NCBI GenBank assembly: GCA_965219995.1
Contig: CBDCOX010000002.1
Location: forward strand, 1,248,001-1,312,000
From: Candidatus Latescibacterota bacterium
Lineage (GTDB): Bacteria > Latescibacterota > UBA2968 > GCA-2709665
Direction: 5' to 3'
Length of the DNA: 64,000 nucleotides
The position numbers and the translations under genes are program-made. Every line of letters begins with the position of its first letter. Positions within the stretch are counted from its first letter, which is position 1. The notes under the pieces were generated by a model. The model was not told the origin of the DNA. It saw only the letters and a list, made by a program, of their open reading frames with translations, and searched no databases. Below are positions 50,958 through 61,159 of this stretch, in pieces.

Positions 50958-51547
50958 AGTTCTCTACGTCCATCCAGGGCCCGGGCAAGCGTGACCTGGT
51001 CGGCCAGCGCGAGGTCGCTTCCAACGGGCAGGCCCCGCGCGATCTGCGTGACGGTCACGTCGTGCGCTTCCAGGATCTGCTTGAGGTACTGCGCGGTCGC
51101 GTCGCCTTCGACGGTGGGTCCGTTCGCCAGAATCACTTCCCGAATCCCGCCGCCGTTCAGCCGCGCCACAAGGGGTTGGATGTTCAACTCGTCCGGTCCG
51201 ATGCCGTCAAGGGGGGAGATCCGTCCTCCCAGGACGTGATAGAGGCCGCTATAAGCCCGCATCCGTTCCAGCGCCAGCAGGTCGCCGACGAAATCGACCA
51301 CCATCACCTGCGACCGGTCCCGCCGCTCATCCTGGCATATGGGGCAGGGATCGCTTTCCGACAGGTTGAAGCATGCGCCGCATGCCCGGACCCGGGTCTT
51401 CACCTCCACCATCAGTTCGGCCAGCGCGCGCACGTCTTCCGACTTCCACGTGAGAACGTCCAGCGCAATCCGCCGCGCGGACTTTTCGCCGATGCCCGGC
51501 AGCCGTCCCAACCCGGCCGCCAGCCGGTCGATGGCATTGGAAGCCAT
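50954..51547 (-). CDS. recR: Recombination mediator RecR
   Basis: LPGIGEKSA, C4 zinc finger, YHVLGGRISPLDG, EGDATA. Confidence 0.95.
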   Translation of the reverse strand: MASNAIDRLAAGLGRLPGIGEKSARRIALDVLTWKSEDVRALAELMVEVKTRVRACGACFNLSESDPCPICQDERRDRSQVMVVDFVGDLLALERMRAYSGLYHVLGGRISPLDGIGPDELNIQPLVARLNGGGIREVILANGPTVEGDATAQYLKQILEAHDVTVTQIARGLPVGSDLALADQVTLARALDGRREL

Positions 51548-51626
51548 CCTCACTCTCCTGGAATGCGGTTGCTGGAACCATTCGTCGTTCCCGGGGGCTT
51601 TCCGCATTTCAAACGATCGACGACTG

Positions 51627-51950
51627 CTATATGCCCAGGTTGACGCCCGGCGGCAACATCCCTGCCGTTGCCCTTTGCATTTCCCGGTCGGCCATATCCT
51701 GCGCCTTTTCCCGGGCCTGCTGTATCGCGGCCATGATCAGGTCTTCCAGCATTTCCACGTCCTCGGGGTCCACCACTTCCGGGTCGATTCTGACCCCCAC
51801 GATCTGCTGTTGCCCGTTGGCCCGCGCCACCACCATGCCGCCGCCCGCCGAACCCTCCACCTCCCTGGACGCCAGTTCCTCCTGCACCTTCGCCAGTTTG
51901 GCCTGCAGCTTCTGGGCCTGCTTCATCATTCCCGCCATGCCCTTCGCCAT
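51627..51950 (-). CDS. ybaB: YbaB/EbfC nucleoid-associated protein
   Basis: MMKQAQKLQ, GGGMV, DVEMLEDL. Confidence 0.93.
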   Translation of the reverse strand: MAKGMAGMMKQAQKLQAKLAKVQEELASREVEGSAGGGMVVARANGQQQIVGVRIDPEVVDPEDVEMLEDLIMAAIQQAREKAQDMADREMQRATAGMLPPGVNLGI

Positions 51951-51963
51951 CGCGTCCTCCCCG

Positions 51964-53649
51964 TTACCGGCTTACGACTTCCCCGTCGAAAATCTCGAGT
52001 GCCATCTGGACGCGTTCGTCGGTCGCCGTCCCCCGGTCCTGCGCTTCGCCGCCGCCATCCGCCCGGTCGACGTCACAGTTGACGCGAAGGGAAACGCCGA
52101 AGAAGTCGCCCGTTGCCCCTTCCAGAAACACCCCGTTGCGCCGGACCTGTTCCGCGTGGAACGAATTGCCCGACTTGAAGATGAGTTCCAGCCGGCGGTC
52201 GCTCAGTGTCGCCGGCCTGCCCTCCGCAAGAAACGTTCCCAGACTCACCCTCTCAGACTTCACGTGCGCCACGAAGTCCGGCCACTTCTCCCGGACGGCT
52301 TCGAGCGTCAATCCGTCGCTGCGGGACGGCTCGGGTTCGGCCTGGACCTGCGCGGCGTGGACTTCCGGGGCCTCGACTTCCGGCGTCGGCGTTTCGCTGG
52401 AAACGTCGGCCGGCACGGGTGGGTCCGCGGGGCTCGGGCGGGCCGGCGGCCCCGGTTCGACGCGCGGTTCGGGCAGCCGTGTCGCGTTAGGCGCGGCCTT
52501 GCCTGTCCGCAGCATGCCTTCCAACCGGTCCAGCCGGGCCATCACCTCGTCGACGGCCAGGGACGGCGCCATTTTCACCAGCTTCATCACGGTCAGTTCC
52601 AGCCAGAATCGAGGATTCGAAACCCGGCCAAGCCGCGCTTCCAGGTCGGACACAGCCTGCAACATCCGCAGGAGATCATCCTCCTGGAATCTCGCGCCCG
52701 CCTCGCTGTACCGCTCCTGGTCGGCCGCAGACAGATCGTCGCCGGCAAGGCCGTCTGATACACGCGCCACCAGCAGGTAACGCACGTGTTCGAGCAGCCC
52801 CTGCGTAAACTCGCCGGTGTCGCCGCCTCCGTCCAGAACGCGTTCCACCGCGCGCAGTGCGGATGCGCCGTCTGAATCGAGCGCCGCCTGCGTGAGCTCG
52901 AAATAGACGTCGGAGGGAATCACACCCAGCAGTTCCCTTACCGCCCCGGCGGAAACGGGTCCGTCCGTATACGCGATGGCCTGGTCGAGCAGATTCTCGG
53001 CGTCGCGCAGAGCGCCGTCGGCTTTTCGGGCCAGCAGAAAGAGCGCTTCGTCTTCCGCTGCGACCTCCTCCGCCTCCAGGATCTTCCGGAGCTGGTCAAC
53101 GATGGCCTCGGTGGAAATCCGGCGGAAGTTGTATCTCTGGCAGCGGGAAAGAATCGTCTCCGGCATCCGGTGCGGTTCGGTTGTGGCCAGGACGAACACC
53201 ACGTGGGGCGGCGGCTCTTCCAGCGTTTTCAGGAGCGCGTTGAAGGCCTCAGCCGTGAGCATGTGAACTTCATCGATGATATAGACCTTGCGTTTGCCCC
53301 GGGAGGCCGCAAAGCCAACCTCTTCCCGCAACTGACGGATCTCATCGATGCCCCGGTTCGACGCGCCGTCGATTTCCAGGACGTCCATGCTTTTGTTGTC
53401 GGCAATCCCGGTGCAAAGTCCGCAACTGCCGCACGGCTCCGGCGTGGGCCCCTTTTCGCAGTTGAACGCCTTGGCCAGCAGCCGCGCCATTGTCGTCTTG
53501 CCCGTTCCCCGCGGGCCGCAGAACAGATAGGCCTGCACAACGCGGTCCGAACGGATGGCATTCTGCAGGGTCTGGACGATGTGGTCCTGCGCCACCACGT
53601 CCTGAAACACGCTGGGCCGCCATTTGCGGGCGATCACACGATAGGCCAT
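51964..53649 (-). CDS. dnaX: DNA polymerase III subunit gamma/tau
   Basis: ARKWRP, GPRGTGKTT, EIDGASN, IIDEVHML, SRCQ. Confidence 0.96.
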   Translation of the reverse strand: MAYRVIARKWRPSVFQDVVAQDHIVQTLQNAIRSDRVVQAYLFCGPRGTGKTTMARLLAKAFNCEKGPTPEPCGSCGLCTGIADNKSMDVLEIDGASNRGIDEIRQLREEVGFAASRGKRKVYIIDEVHMLTAEAFNALLKTLEEPPPHVVFVLATTEPHRMPETILSRCQRYNFRRISTEAIVDQLRKILEAEEVAAEDEALFLLARKADGALRDAENLLDQAIAYTDGPVSAGAVRELLGVIPSDVYFELTQAALDSDGASALRAVERVLDGGGDTGEFTQGLLEHVRYLLVARVSDGLAGDDLSAADQERYSEAGARFQEDDLLRMLQAVSDLEARLGRVSNPRFWLELTVMKLVKMAPSLAVDEVMARLDRLEGMLRTGKAAPNATRLPEPRVEPGPPARPSPADPPVPADVSSETPTPEVEAPEVHAAQVQAEPEPSRSDGLTLEAVREKWPDFVAHVKSERVSLGTFLAEGRPATLSDRRLELIFKSGNSFHAEQVRRNGVFLEGATGDFFGVSLRVNCDVDRADGGGEAQDRGTATDERVQMALEIFDGEVVSR

Positions 53650-53721
53650 AAGAGACAAGCCTCTCACCCATCCATCCGGCACGCACGAGCAGGATAAAAC
53701 ATCGGGAAGGGACGTTGAAAA

Positions 53722-53994
53722 GGCCGTGCACCCCGCTTCGGCTCTCAGGCCGGGGTTTTCGGAAAGCGCCAGCTCCCGCCAGGGGCTCCCGCGGCACACG
53801 GGCCGGGTCACCTACCGCTGCTACCTTCCGGTCCTGACGGGGTTCGGCAATCGTCCGTTGCGCAGGACCTGGCGATCAACACCACATTCTGACCGAAACA
53901 CGTCCCGGTATGAAAAGCCTCAGGCGGGGAATTCAACCCCGCTATAGCGGATTGCGGGCTACAGGGCGCCGCTACTTCCCCGTCTAGCACGACC
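53722..53994 (-). ncRNA. ffs: Signal recognition particle RNA, large (Alu-domain) bacterial type
   Basis: S-domain TCAGGACCGGAAGGTAGCAGC; 5' GTGCTAGACGGGGAAGTAGCGGCGCCCTGTA..GCAATCCGCTATAGC Alu domain like Bacillus scRNA; 5' and 3' ends pair; upstream of dnaX. Confidence 0.9.
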
Positions 53995-54058
53995 TGAAAA
54001 CAGGTTCAACAGCCGGCATGATGGCGGTGGGACCGCCGACGGCCGCCGGCGTTATTCC

Positions 54059-54134
54059 TGGTGGAGCTGATGGGATTCGAACCCACGACCTCCAGAGTGC
54101 GATTCTGGCGCTCTCCCAGCTGAGCTACAGCCCC
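54059..54134 (-). tRNA. tRNA-Ala(CGC)
   Basis: GGGGCTG acceptor stem, anticodon CGC, TTCGAA T-loop, CCA end. Confidence 0.95.
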
Positions 54135-54186
54135 ACGCAATGTTTACGACGCACGAAGCATTAGGCCGGACAGGGACGTCCGCGTC

Positions 54187-54564
54187 TTATGCGTCGCTTT
54201 TTTCGATTGTGATTTCGTCTGCCCGTGAGGCCTCTTTCAATGCCTCAGCGCCGGAATGCACACGTCCGACGGGGTTTACGGGACTGGCCGGCCGGATCTC
54301 GTCCCCTTCGCTGGCAGGGGTCGGGCCATAGAAGATACAGAACGCCTTGCCCGGCGGCCAGTAGGCCAGATCGCCCGATTCCACCGTTTCCCGCGGGTCC
54401 TCCGGGTCGGCGGTGACGGGAATCTGGAAATAGATCTCGTCACCCCACGTGTTAAAGCCGCTCCGGATGGGCAACTCGGCCAGGATCCGGGACGCGGTTT
54501 CGGAATCGTTCAACTCCGCGTCCAGCTCGATTTCGCCGACCGTGATCTTGATGGAATTCGCCAT
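54187..54564 (-). CDS. Cyclophilin-like fold protein (DUF369/TM1367-like)
   Basis: WGDEIYF, GDLAYWPPGKAFCIFYGPTP, PASPVN. Confidence 0.85.
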   Translation of the reverse strand: MANSIKITVGEIELDAELNDSETASRILAELPIRSGFNTWGDEIYFQIPVTADPEDPRETVESGDLAYWPPGKAFCIFYGPTPASEGDEIRPASPVNPVGRVHSGAEALKEASRADEITIEKSDA

Positions 54565-54706
54565 TGGCTTCTTTAAGTCACAAACCCGATTTCACCCATG
54601 TACGGATAATGACAAAGACCTGCAGTCCGAAACTCCCGCTTATTGCTGGATTATAGCGTCAGGTCCGCCCACCCTTTGACAAAGAGCAGACGATGAAACA
54701 GATTTC

Positions 54707-54799
<93 letters not shown>

Positions 54800-55132
54800 A
54801 CAGAATCCGATCGTGACCCGGGAAAACAAGCCAATACGCTTGTGTCAATGTCCCGCCCTCGGGTTTGCCATCGCACAGAATTCCGGGCGGTTCGCCACGG
54901 CCGGGACACACCGTTCTCTACAAATATTAAGATACAATAATCCACCGATATCCGCAACATTTTCGGGATCAATCAGGATTGCCCGGTCCAGTGCAGAGGG
55001 AGCCTCGGATCCTGAATTCGTCGTCCTACCCTCCTTGATCCGTATCACAGTTTTCGCTAAATTGCGAAGGCATACCATGGATGGAATAGATCATCTATTT
55101 GCGGCGAAATACGAGACGAGGTTAATCGGAAG

Positions 55133-55825
55133 ATGAACGACACCATCTGTTGGGACGGACTTACGCAGGCTCGGTCCTGCAGCGCAGACGAAGCCGTCGC
55201 CAGGCATGCCCTGGCCGATGCCGCCAGGGATGCCGAATGGCCGCGCGTCTTCGAGATTCTCTCCAACTACCGAAAATGGTGGGACCCGACCCGGTACGGG
55301 AGTTGGGTCAATGCCATCCGGCTTGACGGTTCGTCCTGGTACGCCCCTTTGCATCAGGCTGCCTGGCACGGCGCGGCGGTGGCAGTTGCCGAACGGTTGA
55401 TCGGTCTTGGCGCGTGGCGGACGCTCAGGAATGCCCGGGGAGAGCGGCCGTTGGATATTGCCAGACGCAGAGGGAACCGCAACCTGCTACACGTGCTGGC
55501 CCCGGAATACAAGCAAGACATCCTTCACGAGGACCTGTCTGGAATTCAAGCGCACTTCCATGCCGTCATTCGCGGCCGCGCCGAACACCTGGTGGATGAA
55601 CAGAGACTGCGGTTGCCGCAATTGGAGCCGTTGCTGGAACTGGATAAACCGGAGATGTGGTTTGCCGTGCCGGGTATGGCGGGTGGATTCTCGTATCGGT
55701 TGGAGTCGGAAGGCAATCACGCCAGGCTCGTTTCCTCAAGCTGGTGCCGAATGGTGGGAGGTTCGGGAGAGCGACACGAGATCACGTCGCATGGCAGCCG
55801 CCTCGTCGACGAGGGGTTCGTCTAA
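55133..55825 (+). CDS. Ankyrin-repeat-containing protein
   Basis: PLHQAAWHG..LIGLGA..GERPLDIA; C-terminal MWFAVPGMAGGF domain. Confidence 0.8.
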   Translation: MNDTICWDGLTQARSCSADEAVARHALADAARDAEWPRVFEILSNYRKWWDPTRYGSWVNAIRLDGSSWYAPLHQAAWHGAAVAVAERLIGLGAWRTLRNARGERPLDIARRRGNRNLLHVLAPEYKQDILHEDLSGIQAHFHAVIRGRAEHLVDEQRLRLPQLEPLLELDKPEMWFAVPGMAGGFSYRLESEGNHARLVSSSWCRMVGGSGERHEITSHGSRLVDEGFV

Positions 55826-55985
55826 TCTGCTGCGTATTGACCGTTGTTCCTTTCGAGCAAAATTCCGACGAGTCATTTCACAGCTTCGTTTTTCCTCGGG
55901 ATGCTACCGCGAGTTCGCGGTGTATGGATTTCGATTCACGAGAATAGACCGACAAGCAGTAGGCGCCACGGAGCACGTCTCACAC

Positions 55986-56879
55986 TCAGATGGTGTCGAA
56001 ATAAGAGTCCTTGACCTTGACTTCCTTGACCATTCGTTCTGTAACGTCGACACCGACTCTGTATTTGGCGATGAGTTCGCACAATTCGTCGCCGTCGATC
56101 AAGTCGATCGGTGGTGCGCCGTCCCGGGTCGCCTCCTTTCGTGCTGCGGGTGTGAATGTCCCCGTGGTAATAATCAAACCCTTGTCGCCCCGGCCCACCA
56201 TCGCGCCACGAAAATCACGCACGACACTAGCGCCAACACCGCCGGCATATCGCTTGCACTGGAAATAGATAGGAAAGCTGACGAGTGACATTCTGTAGAG
56301 TCCAACGCCATCCAGTCCACCGTCCCCGGAACGTCCGACAACTTCAACCTTCTGAAAACCTGCCTCTCTTAGAAGCAGCTTCGCGAGACGCTCAAACCCC
56401 TCCGGTTTCATCTTCTTGAGAATCGCGATGAGTGCGGATTTCCAGTCATCTTCTGGAATGGGTTCGGCGTCGTCCTTGCTCGTAGATTTCTCCTTCGCCG
56501 CCCGTGTTTCTGCCGCCCTTCTGCCTGCCAACTTCCGTGCTCCGTCGTAAGCTTTTCGAAGTTCCGCGTCTGCCACAACTTCATCCATATCAAGGTATTT
56601 GTTACCTACCGCGGTCATCGTGTAGATCCCGCGCTCGGTACTATCAAACGCACCGATCGCCTTGAGCCAATAAATCGCCCACCCCAATCTGTGTAAAGCC
56701 TTCGATTGCCCCGTTGGTCCAGCGTAAACGACCTCGATTTGCTCATCAGTCAGACCTACTGCACTGACAACCTGGTCCATTATTTCTGTGCGTGCTGCCG
56801 AACCGCCAAGATCGTGCATCACTTTCAAGACCGGCGAGAGGAAATCGGCTATACTGGGGATGTTCACGTAGTCTGACAT
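55986..56879 (-). CDS. mrr: Mrr-family (type IV) restriction endonuclease
   Basis: Mrr_N winged helix (RLGWA..WL); FERL..LL, SGDGGLDG, QCKRY, RDFRGAM, IDLIDG. Confidence 0.92.
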   Translation of the reverse strand: MSDYVNIPSIADFLSPVLKVMHDLGGSAARTEIMDQVVSAVGLTDEQIEVVYAGPTGQSKALHRLGWAIYWLKAIGAFDSTERGIYTMTAVGNKYLDMDEVVADAELRKAYDGARKLAGRRAAETRAAKEKSTSKDDAEPIPEDDWKSALIAILKKMKPEGFERLAKLLLREAGFQKVEVVGRSGDGGLDGVGLYRMSLVSFPIYFQCKRYAGGVGASVVRDFRGAMVGRGDKGLIITTGTFTPAARKEATRDGAPPIDLIDGDELCELIAKYRVGVDVTERMVKEVKVKDSYFDTI

Positions 56880-57126
56880 ATAATCGACTCCTACCCTGGC
56901 GATTCGTGTTTGGGGACGCGTAATCGGTTTATACCTACGTCAATCATGTATTGTTTTTGCAGCAGCTTGCGCCTTACTCAAAAACAAAGCGACCGAACTC
57001 AATCCGCACGATATTCGACAGATTAAATGGGTCAGGCCAAAACGTGCGAAGCTGGGATCGGTTCACAGTAACCGTGATCGGTCCGTCAGATGAAACGTAT
57101 TGATTATACGAATTTTATCGGAAAAT

Positions 57127-57148
57127 TGGCGGAGAGGGAGAGATTCGA
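57127..57148 (-). repeat. tRNA-Ser 3'-end fragment (att-like direct repeat)
   Basis: TGGCGGAGAGGGAGAGATTCGA versus tRNA ends TGGCGGAGAGGGTGGGATTCGA (58021) and TGGCGGAGAGGGAGGGATTCGA (54708). Confidence 0.75.
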
Positions 57149-57278
57149 GGACCTATTTACTTGACGATACAAATGTGAGACGACGCTGCGGTGGGATGGG
57201 TTCCTGGGGACGGCGAAAGAACGAACGCCTGAAGATCAGGCTCCTGCCGACTTAAAGTCCACGCCTTAAATTACCCGT

Positions 57279-57905
57279 CTAAGCAATCGGACGTTGTGAG
57301 AGATCCAGTTCTGAGACATCGCGTGGAAGTGCGAACGGAAAACCCGGACGGGAAGGTTCCAGAAAAGTAATGGACTCATAGTAATCATCCAGTGGAACGA
57401 AAACACCATTCTTCTCGGCCCACAGACGCATTCCGCGATTGCAACAGTGCTTCCAGGACAAAACCTCAATTTTCCAGCCTCTCCTATACAAACGCTCCAA
57501 CGTGCTATGAAAACCTCGACCTTCGACATAACCGGCACCGTCACCCGTCAATAGCACCACGACACCAGGATTCTCAATGTTGTCCCAACCATCCTCCATC
57601 ATACGTAATTGCAACCATTGATCAGGAGTCTCTTGCTCTCCACCGCCGGAAGTACCACGATCAAACAAATAGACTTCTACGTCCTGGTTTTCCAGACGAT
57701 TCCAAAATTGATTCATCTCTGGAGGGATGGAACCGGCGGCGTAAGCCTTTTCCAAACTTCTGTCCGCCTGCGCCAATCGAAACAGATTTTCAAAATGAAT
57801 ACGGACACGAAAACGCGCGGTAGCGTCTCCATTCAACTCCTCTGCAAGTCGCTGTGCCTCGTAAAATACATTTGAGTTGTCCCAATAGATGAACACACCA
57901 CTCAA
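57279..57905 (-). CDS. NYN/LabA (PIN-like) domain protein
   Basis: IYWDNSN, EQ..D..L, VLLTGDG, GWKIEV.SW; TTG start after AAGGAGG. Confidence 0.85.
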   Translation of the reverse strand: MSGVFIYWDNSNVFYEAQRLAEELNGDATARFRVRIHFENLFRLAQADRSLEKAYAAGSIPPEMNQFWNRLENQDVEVYLFDRGTSGGGEQETPDQWLQLRMMEDGWDNIENPGVVVLLTGDGAGYVEGRGFHSTLERLYRRGWKIEVLSWKHCCNRGMRLWAEKNGVFVPLDDYYESITFLEPSRPGFPFALPRDVSELDLSQRPIA

Positions 57906-58020
57906 AAGAAAGGAAACCTCCTTGTCACGTCTATGCCGTCCAAGACTCAAAATCCATCATCTCTAACGTGACCTGCCCCCAATTCAGGTTATGTCACACG
58001 TAATTCCCCTACAAGATTCA

Positions 58021-58111
<91 letters not shown>

Positions 58112-58193
58112 GCTCGAACGCGAGGTTGCGCAGGGTACCCGTACGGATTGCGACTTACACTCCCCTGCCGCAGCAGCCTGCTCCGTCGCCGCG

Positions 58194-58670
58194 TTACGGG
58201 TCTCTCTGGCGCAATGTTTGGAAGAACTTTTTCAGAATCCTCGAGCAGGGCGCCTCGAGGACGGCTCTGCGAACGTCGATCCGATGGTTGAGCCTGGGGT
58301 CGTCGACCACGTTTCTGAGCGAACCGCAGGCGCCGGTCTTTGGATCGTCTGCGCCGATCACCAGTCGGGACACCCGCGCAAGCACCAGCGCGCCGGCGCA
58401 CATCGCGCACGGTTCCAGCGTGACGTAAACGACACAGTCCGCCAGCCACTTCATGCCGGTGCGTGCCGTCGCGGACCGGATGGCCAGCATCTCCGCGTGC
58501 GCCGTGGGATCGTTGTCCCTCAGGACGCGGTTCTGCCCCCGCCCGACAACCTCCCCGTGGCGCAGAATGACCGCCCCCACCGGCACTTCGCCGGCGTTGC
58601 CGGCGCCCTCGGCCTCGGCCAGCGCCAGCTGCATTCCGGCTTCGTCCGCGTCGTACAATTCGCACACCAA
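58194..58670 (-). CDS. tadA: tRNA adenosine(34) deaminase
   Basis: EVPVGAV, DPTAHAE, TLEPCAMC, LNH, FF..LR. Confidence 0.93.
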   Translation of the reverse strand: MVCELYDADEAGMQLALAEAEGAGNAGEVPVGAVILRHGEVVGRGQNRVLRDNDPTAHAEMLAIRSATARTGMKWLADCVVYVTLEPCAMCAGALVLARVSRLVIGADDPKTGACGSLRNVVDDPRLNHRIDVRRAVLEAPCSRILKKFFQTLRQRDP

Positions 58671-58825
58671 TTGGGCGGAGATTCACGTACTCAATGGGTT
58701 CCGGATCGGCAGACGAATATACCGCTTTACGTGTTCTGCGTCAATCATATTCACTGCAAATCCAAAGTGACAGAGCCGGGATCATGCGCCTTGAACCCTT
58801 GTCGAAAACCGGATGAGACCAGTCG

Positions 58826-60133
58826 TCACGATGCTCCCAGCTTCAGGGCGAAGAACGGGACGAGCATCTCCCGTTCATGCAGTCCGCCGTGACGGCCTCC
58901 GACGAGGTCGGAGGGCACGGCGTCATACCGATAGGCGTGGAACAGCGTGGCGCTGCCACGCATCAGGGCGAGCACGTCGCCGATCCGGCCCGAAAGTCCC
59001 GCTGCACGCGGCGCGTCTCCCCAAAGGCCGGCGGCAAGCGCGCGTTCGGTCTCGACAATGCGGGCCGAACCGCCCATCCCGCGCTCCAGGGCGGATTTCA
59101 CTTCCTGAACCGCGCCGTCGCGCACGTGGAAACTCGCCGACCGGGCCGTGCCCGTAGGCGGCGCGACCAGCCGGTTTTCCAGCCCGCCAATGGCAGCGAG
59201 GGGCACGACGTCCGCCTCGTCGACCTGAATATGCCCGTGGTCGGCAAGGAGCATGAACGAGGCGTTCACGTCCTGCCCCTCCAGAGGCGCCAGCAACTCT
59301 CTTTCAATCGCATAGCCCAGGCTATGGATTTCCCCCGCGGGCTCCTCGCCTCCAGCGCCGTATCGATGCTGGATTGTATCCATCGTGTCCGTATAGAGCC
59401 AGAGACACGCCGGTTGTCCCGGGTTTGCGGTCAACAGCCTTCGAACCTGGATAAAGAGATCCGACGCGTTCACGAACGGGACCACGTCCGTGGCGCCGTC
59501 GTACAGCATCTCCGACAGCCCGCTGTGGGCGAGCGAGCGATGGATCATGCAATAGGACGCAACCCCCGCCCCGGTCAACAGCCTGTGCACGGTGGGTACG
59601 CCCAAAAGGACCCGGGCGTCTCCGCTGTTCTGCAACATCCGGCCGAACCGCTCATCCGCCTCCGGACTCATCCGGATCATATTCGCCACGTATCCCCGGT
59701 CCGGCATGTACATCCGATAACCCGCGACGCCGTGCCCGGCAGGCGGAAGCCCCGTGTGAAACGACGACAAAGCCACTGCGGTCGTGGACGGAAAGACCGA
59801 TGTTATCGGCACGATCCGACCCCGCTCAGCCATTGTACTGAACCCCGGTACCGGCCCGGAATTCAAGACGTCAGTGAGCGTGAGATAGCCCAGGGCGTCC
59901 ACCAGCGCAATCGCCAGTTTCCGGGCGCCCGCCAGTTCGCGCCCCACGACCTCGTCGGCCAGGCCCGGCGCACCGACACCGCCGATCCCGAAATGCCGCA
60001 GCACCGTGGGCGCAACGTTCGCCACGCTGTACCCGTCGTAAGCCGGCCAGATGAATTCATCCGACCACGGCGTTTCGCCGAGCCTGCCGGGCCGCCGCAG
60101 GCGCTTCAATACATCGTTCGCAACAGGATTCAT
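58826..60133 (-). CDS. Alkaline phosphatase superfamily / nucleotide pyrophosphatase protein
   Basis: LVDALG, SVFPSTT, ADHGH, GRHGGL...EMLVP. Confidence 0.85.
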   Translation of the reverse strand: MNPVANDVLKRLRRPGRLGETPWSDEFIWPAYDGYSVANVAPTVLRHFGIGGVGAPGLADEVVGRELAGARKLAIALVDALGYLTLTDVLNSGPVPGFSTMAERGRIVPITSVFPSTTAVALSSFHTGLPPAGHGVAGYRMYMPDRGYVANMIRMSPEADERFGRMLQNSGDARVLLGVPTVHRLLTGAGVASYCMIHRSLAHSGLSEMLYDGATDVVPFVNASDLFIQVRRLLTANPGQPACLWLYTDTMDTIQHRYGAGGEEPAGEIHSLGYAIERELLAPLEGQDVNASFMLLADHGHIQVDEADVVPLAAIGGLENRLVAPPTGTARSASFHVRDGAVQEVKSALERGMGGSARIVETERALAAGLWGDAPRAAGLSGRIGDVLALMRGSATLFHAYRYDAVPSDLVGGRHGGLHEREMLVPFFALKLGAS

Positions 60134-60309
60134 GCCAACTCCGATCCGATGGTGCCGCCTGCCGGAAAAAACAAGGACCCATAATAGACCGCGCCCGGTG
60201 TGATGTCAAGCCCGAAACCCCGTTCACGAACGCCATTACAGTACGGCCCAATGAACGCGGGAACCGCCAATTGCACGGCGTCGGCGAGGACGTCAAACAC
60301 CGTTTTTGC

Positions 60310-60338
60310 TTGACACCGCGCGGCCCTTGTGGTAATTT
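60310..60338 (+). promoter_or_regulatory. sigma70 promoter of tRNA-Asn
   Basis: TTGACA-17 bp-TAATTT with an upstream TG, followed by a GC-rich region. Confidence 0.7.
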
Positions 60339-60362
60339 CCTCCCGCGTCTGAGTGCCAGGGT

Positions 60363-60438
60363 TCCGGCGTAGCTCAGCTGGCAGAGCGGGTGGCTGTTAA
60401 CCACTAGGTCGTAGGTTCGAGTCCTACCGCCGGAGCCA
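60363..60438 (+). tRNA. tRNA-Asn(GTT)
   Basis: TCCGGCG acceptor, anticodon GTT, GGTTCGAGTCC, GCCA end. Confidence 0.95.
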
Positions 60439-60476
60439 ATTTTTGACTGTCATCGCCAGCGACTTTACAGTCTACC

Positions 60477-60510
60477 CGAGGCCCCGGAGGATGAGTCCTC
60501 CGGGGCCTCG
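60477..60510 (+). terminator. Strong hairpin after tRNA-Asn
   Basis: CGAGGCCCCGGAGGA-TGAG-TCCTCCGGGGCCTCG; no T-tract. Confidence 0.5.
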
Positions 60511-60613
60511 TCGTAGTAAGACGCGAAGACGCTGCAGGACCGTTGTTCCGCAATATCGTCCCTCCAGCCTCGTGCCTTACATCAGCCGCGACAAGCGGTT
60601 TGGAGTGAAGCCG

Positions 60614-61060
60614 ATGACCGCTGGCAAGCCAGCGAAAAATGCAGCACGGGCCACCAACAAGCCGGTCCTCCTCTCGGGCGGCAATCCACAGATCGCGAAG
60701 GCGGACGGAGACGCACCCGTGCAGGCGTACATCGCGGCCATGCCGGGCTGGAAGCGCGACGTCGGACGGCGCCTCGACGAACTTATCGTGCGCAACGTGC
60801 CCGACGTGCGCAAAGCCGTACGGTGGAACTCGCCCTGGTACGGCATCGAGGGCGCGGGCTGGTTCGTGAGCTACCACGTGTTTACCCGCTACGTAAAAGT
60901 AACCTTCCTCAACGGCGCGTTACTGCAACCCGTCCCTCCAGGTTCAGGCAAAGACAGGGATTCTCGCTGGGTCGACGTCCACGAAGGCGAACTCGACGAG
61001 GCTCAGATGGCGGCCTGGGTCCGGCAGTCGGCCGCCCTGCCGGGATGGCGCGGGTTCTGA
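60614..61060 (+). CDS. DUF1801 domain protein
   Basis: LLSGGNPQIAKADGDAPVQAYIAAMPGWK, KAVRWNSPWYG. Confidence 0.85.
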   Translation: MTAGKPAKNAARATNKPVLLSGGNPQIAKADGDAPVQAYIAAMPGWKRDVGRRLDELIVRNVPDVRKAVRWNSPWYGIEGAGWFVSYHVFTRYVKVTFLNGALLQPVPPGSGKDRDSRWVDVHEGELDEAQMAAWVRQSAALPGWRGF

Positions 61061-61159
61061 CATCTGATGCCGTTCGATTCGTGAGCCGAGACGCTTTTTA
61101 CGAAGTAAGGATTCAGTCGGGTCCACCCTCTCCTGAGTTCACAATTGAAGGGATTTCGA

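Noticed and set aside
54845-55078. Short ORF with a TPR-like segment (ALDRAILIDPEN)
   Set aside because: Too short and unsupported; at most a gene remnant.
56950-57035. Peptide AAACALLKNKATELNPHDIRQI resembling a subtilase C-terminal helix
   Set aside because: No start and no catalytic motifs; cannot be distinguished from chance.
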